This document shows positions 12,551-22,652 of a stretch of 64,000 nucleotides of DNA, piece by piece; the stretch's first letter is position 1; every line of letters begins with the position of its first letter. The notes below the pieces were generated by a model, which was not told the origin of the DNA, ran no database searches, and saw only the letters and a program-made list of their open reading frames with translations. This DNA is from Octopus vulgaris (lineage: Eukaryota). The stretch spans positions 13,826,001 through 13,890,000 of the forward strand of contig OX597819.1 of the NCBI GenBank assembly GCA_951406725.2, in the 5' to 3' direction. The translations under genes and the position numbers were made by a program.

Positions 12551-12990
12551 TATGTATAAGGATGAAAAGGAACACACAAGTTGGTATATATGAAAAAACA
12601 AGTCAAGATAGAAAATGCTAAAATAATTTTATAAAGAACATTTCAGTACCGATTTCGGTAATTTGAGACCTTTTCAATTGTAACAATTAAAAAATTAAAT
12701 TTAGAAAAATTAAAAGAAAAGTTTTTTAAAGGAATATTTTTATAGTGTTCAAATATAAGTGGCATTTTCCTTGTTTCTGCCTTTCTCTGTCTCTCTTGTT
12801 TTACAGTAAAACTAATATTCTTTTAAAAAAACTTTTCTTTTAATTTTTCTAAATTTAATTATTTAATAGTTACAGTTGAAAAGGTCTCAAACGACCAAAA
12901 CCGGTTCTGAAATGTTATTTTAGCATTTTCTATCTTGACTTGTTTTTTCATATATATCAACTCGTGTGTTCCTTTTCATCCTTATACATA
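12551..12990. repeat. Fold-back element (~185-bp arms, ~75-bp spacer), probably PLE-derived
   Basis: 12551-12738 is the inverse of 12814-12990; each arm holds a hammerhead-like motif. Confidence 0.9.
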
Positions 12991-13039
12991 CATACATATA
13001 TATATATATATTATAATAATAATAATAAAATAATAATAA

Positions 13040-13276
13040 TTTATTTATTTATTGGCCACAATGAGGTGGCTAAACATAGAGGGGACAAACAAGGACAGGC
13101 TAAGGGATTAAGTCGATTACATCAACCCCAGTGTGTAACTGGTACTTTTTAATCAATCCCTGAAAAGACGAAAGGCAAAGTCAACCTCGGTGGAATTTGA
13201 ACTCAGAAGGTAATGGCAGATGAAATACCACTAAGCATTTCGCCCAGCGTGCTAGTGATTCTGCCAGCTCGCCACC
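13040..13276 (-). mobile_element. SINE family B (Nin/Deu-like central domain)
   Basis: Reverse complement of the 13422-13643 family. Confidence 0.85.
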
Positions 13277-13277
13277 A

Positions 13278-13920
13278 ATAATAATAATGGAATTATTGTG
13301 TATAGTGCTCAGGTGCACTACAATGCATCAAAGGTGCATGTACAGTTCATAGAATTATGTACAAAAGTCAGGAAAGGGAACAGTGTAAGAGCCATGATAT
13401 ATGTGTGTGCATGCATATGGAGGTGGCGAGCTGGCAGAGATGTTAGCACGCCGGGCGAAATGCGTAGCCGTATTTCGTCTGCCGTTACGTTCTGAGTTCA
13501 AATTTCGCCGTGGTCGACTTTGCCTTTCATCCTTTCAGGGTCGATAAAATTAAGTACCAGTTACGCACTGGGGCTGATGTAATCGACTCAATCCGTTTGT
13601 TTGTCCCCTCTATGTTTAGCACCTTGTGGGTAGTAAAGAAATAGCATGCATATGGAGTGGGGGGATATCAAGTGTAGTGTTGGCGAATTTCAGGAAGCAT
13701 GGTGGTTTTAAAGGATGCAATGTCTCGGCAACTAACAACTGATGCAGGTAGTTTGTTCCATGCTTCAGTAACTCTGAGTGTGAAAAAATGTTTCTGAAAG
13801 TCATGGGAGCCATGCTGCTTTCCGACTTTGTAGGCATGTCCACATGTGTTAGACACATGGGGCTCAAAAAGGTACTCAAAGAAGTTGTTGGTGTAATGGT
13901 TAATAATTTTGTAGGTGTTT
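13278..13920 (-). mobile_element. CR1 LINE 3' fragment, interrupted by SINE B
   Basis: TCGHAYKV...KHFFTLRVTEAWNKLPASVV....FK (ORF 13668-13856); 3' UTR resumes at 13278-13421. Confidence 0.8.
13422..13643 (+). mobile_element. SINE family B, full length with TSD
   Basis: GCCTTTCATCCTTTC.GGGTCGATAAA..AAGTACCAG domain; TSD GCATGCATATGGAG at 13409 and 13644. Confidence 0.9.
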
Positions 13921-14276
13921 AAGGCATTGAGCTGGCAGAACCATTAGCGTGTCGGGTCAAATGCTGCTAAGCATTTTGCTTGTCTTTATATTCTGAGTTC
14001 AAATTCCACCGTGGCTGACTTTGCCTTTTGTCCTTTCAGTACCAGTTGAGTGCTGGGGGTTATGTAATCGACTTACATTTCCCCCTGAAATGCTGGCCTT
14101 GTGCCAAAATTTGAAACTTAAAAATGTCATATGTAAACAAACATAAGTTTGTTTTTGAAGCATTGAAATGTATTGTAGAACAAGTAGAAAGATAGGAAGG
14201 ATAAAAAGTTTTGAATGGTACAACAATGCACTATAATAGAGACAATGGGCTATAATACCTGTTGTAATTTAGTCAT

Positions 14277-14567
14277 GTGGAGGCACATGGCCTAGTGGTT
14301 AGAGCAGTGGACTTGCGGTCGAAGGATCGCGGGTTCAAATCTCAGACCGGATGATGTATGTGTTTATGAGCGAAACACCTAAGCTCCATGCGGCTCCGGC
14401 AGAAGGTAATGGCGAAACTTCTGCTGATTCTTTTGCCACAACTTTCTCTCACTCCTTCCTCCTGCATCTTGCAGCTCACCTGCGATGGACCGGCGTCCCG
14501 TCCAGGTGGGGAACTTATACGCCAAGAAACCGGGAAACCGGCCCTTATGAGCCGAGAAGGAACAAAC
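14277..14567 (+). mobile_element. SINE family D, full length with TSD
   Basis: A box TGGCCTAGTGG, B box GGTTCAAATC; TSD AATTTAGTCAT at 14266 and 14568. Confidence 0.9.
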
Positions 14568-14587
14568 AATTTAGTCATCCATAGTCT

Positions 14588-14626
14588 GATATTATATTTC
14601 GGAATAATATTCCTTCTTCAGATATT
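14588..14626 (-). ncRNA. Minimal type I hammerhead ribozyme motif, core intact
   Basis: ATAT-CTGAAGA-A-GGAAT-ATT-ATTCC-GAAA-TA-TA-ATAT on the minus strand. Confidence 0.6.
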
Positions 14627-14880
14627 CTTAGATGGAGTCACTGCTATAATCGGTTTTCAACAGCTCTTCTTTTTTATTTTTTTTGGGGGGAATCGTCTCA
14701 GCAGTGGTTTTATGATGCTCCTTCCGGAATTCCTCATGAGAAGTGTGTGAGGTCAGCCATGTCTCAATCTCATGTGTGCTGGTACATCTGTAGCGCTGCT
14801 TCTAAGGTACATATTATACGTGCAGATTTTTCAACACGTAAATACTGATAGAACAGTATATATAGGATAAAATCCTTTTA

Positions 14881-14980
14881 GAGCAGAAAAGTTTGTCGGC
14901 AACCAGTCATACTCTGACCGGATATCAGAAGGGATGTGAGTTCATTCCTCATGGCTGGTTGCCGACAAACTTTTCTCCTC
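14881..14980. repeat. Inverted repeat forming a T/Y-shaped hairpin
   Basis: 26-bp stem 14885-14910/14951-14976 enclosing 5-bp and 7-bp hairpins. Confidence 0.85.
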
Positions 14981-16033
14981 ATTGAAACTGATAGTTTATA
15001 TGGCAGTTGGTAAACAATCGGACAAAATGCTTTGGGGTATTTACAATCTTTTATGTTCTGAGTTCGAATCTTACTTAGGTTAATCTTTGCCTTTTAACTG
15101 TCTGGGGTCAGTAAAATAAAGTATTGCTGAAGGACTAGAGCCATTGTAATTGACTTTGTGACTCTCTCAAATTTTAGGCATTATGTTTATATAAAGAAAC
15201 CATTATGACTTTTTATTCTTTTAACACGTACAGGCATAGCTCCGTAGTTAAGAGGCTTGCATCCTAAATATGTGGTTTTGGGGTTCAGTCCCACTGTGTC
15301 ACCTGGGGCAAGGGTATTCACTTATAAACTCTGGACCAACCAAAGCCTTGTGAGTGGATTTGGAAACTGAAGAAATTAACCATACATTCTATAAGTGTTT
15401 ATGTTTGTGTGTTTACCTCATGTTCATTGGTTTGTAAACAATTGCTTCCTGCCATGTCATTGGCTTGTGTTCCAACACAAAAGGATGTCCAGGCTTCTTG
15501 GCACGTTTTGACATGTTGCACAATATTTGTAAACAAATGACTCCTTAAACAGTGTTATTTGTTTCCAGTTCTCTGCATGAAACATGTCTGGGCTGTTTGT
15601 AGTTTGATAGATTAGAAAATGATAAGCTCGCTTGGAAACAAGTGAGAATTGGCAACAGGAAGGACATCTGGCAATAGAAAAACTCTGCCTCTTGTCTAAT
15701 GCATGCAAACATGGAAAGGCAGACAATAAAGCAATAATGATGATTATTAGACGATACTACTTAAAGCACAAAATCCCAGTTCTATAAACCATTTTCTTTT
15801 TGTTATTTAACAATGGTCTTGTCAGGAGCAAGGATCACCCTCATGAACTTTGCAAGTCCTTTAAGACTGGGGAGATTGGACAATCTTTATATGCAATGAA
15901 TGTTCTCAACAAATCACAAAGATATTGGCACATTATACTTCATTTTTGGAATTTGATCAGGACTTCTTGGTACTTTCTTAAGTCTAATAATTCGAATAGA
16001 ATTAGGACAACCAGGATCTCTTCTTAATGATAA

Positions 16034-16432
16034 TCAACTATATATAAAGCTGAAGTTGTCTGTGTGTGGCAGGTTTGGTAGCCTTCAACTGACACTATCT
16101 CCTCCGAGACCCTGCGGCGCAAGTTGACCAAAATTGAGAGTATGATAGAAGGCTTGCTCTTCATTCCATAGAAGATAAAATTCAAATCGGACTATGTTAA
16201 GACCAAATATTATTTACATCAAAAAGGTGCTTTTTTTTTCTATGAAAATCCCGATTTTTTACGATTTTTTGACTGCTGTGTCGCCATGTTTCGGTGTATT
16301 TCAACCGGAAAAAATGTTCACTTAAAGAGAATAACAGAATAACAAGCTACATAATGCAACATTTTTACTTTTCAAAAATTCCAATTCTAAAGGGTCGAAA
16401 CAAACCCGAGCAATGCCGGGAGATACTGCTAG
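16034..16432 (+). mobile_element. Non-autonomous Helitron
   Basis: 5' TC, 3' hairpin CCCG-AGCAATGC-CGGG then CTAG, inserted between A and T. Confidence 0.8.
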
Positions 16433-16851
16433 TCAACTATAATGTAATTGTCACAGCCCATGCATTCGTAATAATTTTTTTCCTTGTTATACTCGTTATC
16501 ATCGGAAGATTTGGAAATTGATTAGTACCTCTAATATTAGGAACTCCAGATATAGCATTCCCACAAACAAATAATAAGGATGCCTTGTTAGAACACCAAA
16601 TACTGCATTATTAGCTTTGAGAGATGTTCACATGTAGGCATTTGGTGCATAAAGGCACACACATAGATTGTAGGAGAATGAAATCTTGTAATATGGCAAT
16701 TTCAGCATTCCAGACAGATGATTCTCATCTGTTAAGGTTATCTCTACAGATATTCTATAGAATTTATGGCCAGTACTGATTTTTGCTACATTTCGTATAC
16801 AAGACATCAGTTGTAAACAAACTATGAGATTGAAGATGAGAAAAGGGTAAT

Positions 16852-16899
16852 GGGTATATATGCCATATTTTGGGGGTTTTCACCCCTTCATCAGCACCC
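16852..16899 (-). ncRNA. Degenerate type I hammerhead motif
   Basis: GGGTG-CTGATGA-A-GGGGT-GAAA-ACCCC-C-AAAA-TATGGCATA-TA-TACCC; all three stems present, G12 mutated. Confidence 0.5.
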
Positions 16900-17144
16900 G
16901 TCAGCATTCAGACTTCAATATATTGCTTAAATAGCCACTGTAGACTATGGTGTTTGGTTACTGGATATTCCAAATTACATATTAAACGCATTCCTGGAAG
17001 CTTGCACGTAAATACTAATGACTTGTAAAAGTGCACTGCTAACACAGTAGAACATGCTATTGACTTATAAAAAGGTTTAATATACTTTGTAGAATATTAT
17101 GGTTGCATAACGAAATACTGCATAGCTACAAGTCATTAGGATTC

Positions 17145-17801
17145 CCTTCTACTCTAGGCACAAGGCCTGAAATTTTTGGAGGTGGGGGGCAGTTCATTAG
17201 ATCGATCCCAGTATGCAACTGGTACTTAAGTTATTGACCCTGAAAAGATGAAAGGCAAAGTTGACCTCGACAGAATTTGAACTCAGAATGTAAAGACAGA
17301 TGAAATACTGCTAAGCATTTCACCCAGTGTGCTAACATTTCTGCCAGCTCGCCCCCTTTAAAGAATATTCTTTTCTACTCTAGGCACAAGGCTCAAAATT
17401 TTTGGGGTGGAAGCCAGTCGATTAGATCGACCCCTGTATGCAACTGGTACTTAAGTTATCAACCCTGAAAGGATGAAAGGTAAAGTTAACCTCAGTGGAA
17501 TTTGAACTCAGAACATAATGACAGATGAAATAGCACTAAGCCTTTCACAAAGTGTGCTAACGTATCTGCCAGCTTGCCACCATAATAATCTTTTCTATTC
17601 TAGGCACAAGGCCCGAAATTTTGGGGGAGGGAGACAGTTGATTAGATCAGCTCCTGTATGTAACTGGTACTTAATGTATCGACCCTGAAAGGATGAAAAG
17701 CAAAGTCGACCTAAGCGGAATTTGAACTCAGAACGTAAAGAAAGACGAAATACTGCTAAGTATTTCGCCCGGCATGCTAATGTTTCTGCCAGTTCACCAC
17801 C
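17145..17801 (-). mobile_element. Head-to-tail trimer of SINE family B
   Basis: Units about 17145-17358, 17370-17581, 17590-17801; AGT(C/T)ATTAGGATTC at 17131 and 17804. Confidence 0.9.
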
Positions 17802-17926
17802 ATAGTTATTAGGATTCTCATTTGCTACGATCTATATGTGTGCTTTATGCACCAAGCACCTGTTTGAGAGGATCTTTCAAGGCCAATAAAGTAGTATTTG
17901 GTGTTCTAACAGGGTGTCCATGTTAA

Positions 17927-18147
17927 CCCTTTAGCATTTAAACCGGCCATATCCTGCCAAAAGTATTCTGCCTGTTTTATGTTCAAACTGGCCAGATCTG
18001 GTCTCTCACACCAACCCTACAATATCGTTTTAAAAATTAACAGCTACCTCATCAAAATCTCAAAGCTACAAGATAATGCATGATTAGTTCAAAACAATTT
18101 GGATAAAAAAGCATAAATTTTGGTAGAATAATGCGAACACTAAAGGG
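17927..18147. mobile_element. Complete 221-bp piggyBac-type MITE family 1
   Basis: CCCTTTAG / CTAAAGGG termini with TTAA on both sides. Confidence 0.9.
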
Positions 18148-19744
18148 TTAATCAGGATATAAAGATTATTTTTGTGTATGAATACTGCTTTCTTTGCTAA
18201 TAATTAATTTGTAGGCCAATAATATCTGTCTGAGAAATATAGGTGGGAAGGAAATCATATTCTGTTGACACTGTAGGAAGGAAGGACTGGGTAAAATAGA
18301 TAATGAACTGTCTGTGGAGGAGTGACTAGGGGGTGGGGAGAGACAAGTGTGTCAAATGGGTTTGGTTTGGGGTGGTATATAAATATGTATTTCAGAGGAA
18401 CAGAGGTCATTGTTGTGGTGATAGGATAGGCAGAGTGGTGAGACAGTATGTCTGTGATGTAGGGTTTGTGGGTTGGTATGTGGTGGGGTGGAAAAATACC
18501 AAACAGAGAAATGACATCATCAGGAAAAGAAGAGGAATAAATAACCGAGTTGCAATCAAGAGAAATCTTCAAATGATTATAATGAAAATAGGAGAAAAAA
18601 AAGAAATGATCAACTTATCTGAGAGGATACATTGGGTGAATGGCAAATAAGAAGTAGAGCAACGGCAAAGCTACTGACTGCTAACTTGGGAGAAAAGTAG
18701 ATCAAATCTATTTGAAATAGAGAAAGTAGAGGAGAGAGATTTGGTCTTGTATATTTTATTTCAATCTATAAAAGAACATAAAATGATTGAATGGTGGTGG
18801 CAGTGATGGCTATATTAATGATGGTGATGATGGAGTTGATGGATTGATGATAACGATGATGGGGAATGATGAAAATGACAATGAGATAGGAGGTGGTTGA
18901 TGATTATAATTGAGATGATAACGAGATCTATTTGAACTTTATTGATTTCATGCTATGATAATAGCCATGCCACCACCACTGCCACCGCTGCCACCACATC
19001 CTACTCAGTGCCAGTACCCCCTACCATCATCATCATCATCATCTTCAGCAGCACCAGAAACTAATTGCCTATGTATTATTAATATTGGCTCCTTACATCT
19101 GCCATTTGAAATATTTAACATTAAGAATACACAATATATTGTAATGGTGAATTATTTTTTAATGTTAAATATAAGATTTCCATTTTCTGTTGTTTATTTT
19201 TTTTTCTTTTACTATCCTCTTTGAATATCTAACATTATCTGATTTCACATACAGCCATTTCATCCATTCAAACTCCCAAACAACCCACAAAATACAAGCA
19301 GTTTATGCTCCCGTATAGGTTTCAATGTTGGCCAAAGACAGCATAGGCTTATGACAAACATAGCATGATCACCGGCTGGGCTGTGTGTTTAAGTCATTCA
19401 CCTCACAACCACATGTTACCACTTTGCTGCATCTTCAGCCTTGGGTCAGTCTTGGCCATTTGGCTGAAAATGGATTACAAGAAATTGTATCAGATGGAGT
19501 CTGACCATTCCTTGTCAGTAAACTTGGCAGTTGTTATGCAAATCAATGCTATGCAAATTCTGCTATGATTTGAGTGATTTCCTTTCATATAAAGGAAATG
19601 CACATTTCAAAATCGTGCTTGGAAAGCGGACGTTAAACGATGATGATGATTGTGGATAGCACTATATGATGCTTTACTGTTTTGGACTATGATTGGAAAT
19701 TAGTTTCTTTGAACCGGAAATTACTGGTCATACATAACAGCACT

Positions 19745-19945
19745 TTATAATGTAACACATTCACCGGTAAAATTTCCACTTATTTCTTATTTTTATTGTC
19801 CTAAAATTTTTGTTGCGTCTTGCAACCTTTTCGATAGTCTTGAGAGTCAAGACTATCGAAAAGGTTGCAAGACGCAACTAAAATTTTAGGAAAATAAAAA
19901 TAAGAAATAAGTGGAAATTTCACTGGTGAGTGTGTTACATTATAA
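19745..19945. repeat. Near-perfect hairpin (99-bp arms, 3-nt loop), probably PLE-derived
   Basis: Centre CGATAGTCTTGA-GAG-TCAAGACTATCG. Confidence 0.95.
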
Positions 19946-20207
19946 GGCACAAAAAGAAAATGACTCTCCCCAGACACAACAGAATATGCTTCAACACATG
20001 AACTCATATAAAGAATATTGCAAATCAAATCCCAAAACGAAATATAACAGCACTAGTGCTGTTATATTTCGTTTTTGGATTTGGTTAAACAGCTAAAATT
20101 TTCATCACATATCACCCAGACTTTGTTGAGGCCACATATCATCTTGGTTCCAAAGCAAGATAGCTAATCCTACTGGAGTTAACTGTGCCCTGTGGGGAGA
20201 GGATCAT

Positions 20208-20582
20208 GGCACTCCGTCGGTTATGATGACAAGGGTTCTAGTTGATCCGATCAATGGAATGGCCTGCTTGTGAAATTAACATGCAAGTGGCTGAGCACAC
20301 CACAGACACGTGTACCCTTAACGTAGTTCTTGGAAAGATTCAGCATGACACAGAGTGTGACAAGGCTGGTCCTTTGAAATACAGGTACAACAGAAACAGG
20401 AAGAAAGGGTGAGAGAAAGTTGTGGTGAAAGAGTACAGCAGGGTTTGCCACCACCCCTTGCCAGAGCCTCGTGGAGCTTTATGTGTTTTCACTCAATACT
20501 CACAATGCCTGGTCTGGGAATTGAAACCGCGATCCTACGACTGCGAATCTGCTGCCCTAACCACTGGGCCATTTCACCTCCA
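20208..20582 (-). mobile_element. SINE family C (OR-type)
   Basis: Matches 32207-32590. Confidence 0.85.
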
Positions 20583-20599
20583 TGGGGTGGGGGTGGGGG

Positions 20600-20945
20600 T
20601 AAAAAACACACAAAAGAAGTTAAGTACTTCTAGTTGTTGGAGGACTGCTGCAAGATTGGGAAGAGAATGAGGTGTTTATCAGTGAAGGTTGGTAGATAAG
20701 GGTTTGCAGGTTATGCCCTGAGTAAGGTTTGTGGAACTCTGAGTATTACAGAAACGAAGAGCAGAAGAGCCATCAAGGACAACGTAGAAGCTGTTGAGAA
20801 AGCATCTAAATGGCTAGAGTTGAAAAGAGGTGTTAGTACGACGCTGCTTGGTCAACATGGGTTTGGGTCACCTGGATAGGGGTGTCTGTTTTTGCACCCC
20901 AAATCACTCCAGTGGGCCTATGGTACTACACTGCTGATGTGTCCA
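20600..20945 (+). mobile_element. HERO-like (restriction-like endonuclease) LINE 3' fragment
   Basis: Translates approximately KY..LLEDC..G.R.RCLSVKVG.*GFAG.AL.K....L.IT....RRAIK...EA.EKASKWL.LKR. Confidence 0.65.
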
Positions 20946-21339
20946 AACATTGCTTCTGTTGATGTATGTTGAAATAATGCACTTATCTCCAGATATATTC
21001 AGTCTTACTGCAAAATTAAGCTCATAAGGGCCCTCTCTTAATTTCACTGTGTCTATATACAAATGGCTATGGGTTTGTATATTTATGTATTCTTTTGAAA
21101 TACCTTTGGTCATAAATCTGCTCAATTATTGATTGACACGGAACTAAATAAAAAACAGCAACAACCAGCTTCATTTAAAACCATGTTAGAAACATAAATT
21201 CTCTCTTGGAACTCAGCCTATATGCAGGAAGAATATGGCATTTCAAGAGTTGAAAATGAACCAATTGAAACTTTGAGAGGACAAAGAAAAAAGAATGTAA
21301 GGTGCAATAAATTCTCCAGAAATTTTCCATTGCATTCTC

Positions 21340-21632
21340 ATCATCATCATTGTTGTTTAACATCCATTGTCCATGCTGGTATGAGTTGGACGATTTGACT
21401 GGCATGCTGGAAGGCTCTGCCAGGCTCCAGTCTGATTTAGCATGATTTTCTACGGCTTGATGCCCTTCCTAATGCCAACCTCTCTGAGAGTGTAATGGGT
21501 GCCTTTACATGCCACCGGCATGGGTGCCATTTGCATGACACCAATATCTGCCACGACTGCGATTTTGCTCGGCTTGATGGGTCTTCTTCTCAAGCATGAC
21601 ATAATGCCAAAAGTCTTAGACATTGCTTTCAT
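21340..21632 (-). mobile_element. SINE family E variant
   Basis: (CAT)n, GATGCCCTTCCTAATGCCAACC, ATGCCACCGGCAT. Confidence 0.75.
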
Positions 21633-21878
21633 GAGGCCCAACACTTGAAAGAACCTCAGCCACTTTGCCTCTGTGAGGCCCAACAGTCAAAAGGAACTCA
21701 ACCACTTTGCCTCAGTGAGGCCCAACAGTTGAAAGGACCTCAGCCACTTTTCCTCCATCAGGCCCAACGCTTGAAAGGAACTTGGCCACCTTGCCTCCGT
21801 GGGGCCCAACACTCAAAAGGAACTCAACCACCTTGCCTCCATGAGGCCCAACACTTGAAAGGAACTCAACACTTGAAA
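21633..21878. repeat. 42-bp minisatellite, about 5.6 copies
   Basis: GAGGCCCAAC-type unit starts at 21633, 21675, 21717, 21759, 21801, 21843. Confidence 0.95.
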
Positions 21879-22311
21879 GAAACACAAAGCATCTCAAAAT
21901 AAACACAGTAACGAAAGAGTTAACGAAGTCATGACAACAATGTTGTGCTGACATTTGAAGTTCAATCCCAACTGATGCACCATTCATCATAGGGTTCTAG
22001 ACTATACATATCTGAACCTGTTTTATATGGGGTTTGGGCAGTAGGATGCTTTGAAAGTAAAACAAATTGTTGATATGAATTCATTGATTGCTTTATAGCT
22101 TTTTTCTATATTTGGTGCTTTTTACATGTCACCAGCACTTGTGAGTTTGCTATGCAACTTATAAGATTATGAACCCCAAGAGAGGTAGCTTAAGGGTAGA
22201 ACAGGTTTCCCACTATTGAGGAATTACATGGCTACTTGCATTTAAGAGGAGGTGAGTGTGATAGTAGTGGATTGGAAAGAGATGATATAGTGGTGATCAG
22301 GTGTCTATATC

Positions 22312-22652
22312 GTAGGATTGCGGTTTCAATTCCCAGACCAGGCGTTGTGAATGTTTATTGAGCGAAAACACCTAAAGCTCCACTAGGCTCCGGCAGGGAT
22401 GGTGGTGATCCCTGCTGTACTCTTTCACCACAACTTTCTCTCACTCTTACTTCCTGTTTCTGTTGTACCTGTATTTCAAAGGGCCGGCCTTGTCACTCTC
22501 TGTGTCACGCTGAATATCCCCGAGAACTACGTTAAGGGTGCACATGTCGGTGGAGTGCTCAGCCACTTACACTTTAATTTCATGAGCAGGCTGTTCTGTT
22601 GATCGGATCAACCGGAACCCTCGTCGTCGTCGTAACCGACAGAGTGCTTCCA
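22312..22652 (+). mobile_element. SINE family C, 5'-truncated
   Basis: Matches 57009-57393. Confidence 0.85.

Larger units (their letters stand above)
16578..17919. mobile_element. Old element with ~110-bp diverged terminal inverted repeats, interrupted by a SINE B trimer
   Basis: 16578-16690 is the inverse of 17806-17919 (shared TGTTAGAACACCAAATACT and TTGGTGCATAAAG). Confidence 0.7.

Noticed and set aside
14277-14350. tRNA-like sequences here and at 57009, 32520-32590, 36170
   Set aside because: A/B boxes are present but there is no acceptor stem; they continue into SINE bodies, some with TSDs
15800-16560. Possible R4/Dong-like LINE remnant around the Helitron (KKYQE-like motif on minus)
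   Set aside because: Too decayed to call without a profile search
21633-21720. HDV-like ribozyme in the 42-bp unit (GG-CCTC-ACG-GAGG-CAA-like on minus)
   Set aside because: A P4/J4-2-like part exists but no P1 partner or adequate L3 could be found
21645-21902. ORF with a 14-aa repeat
   Set aside because: Consequence of the 42-bp minisatellite; no splice or start context
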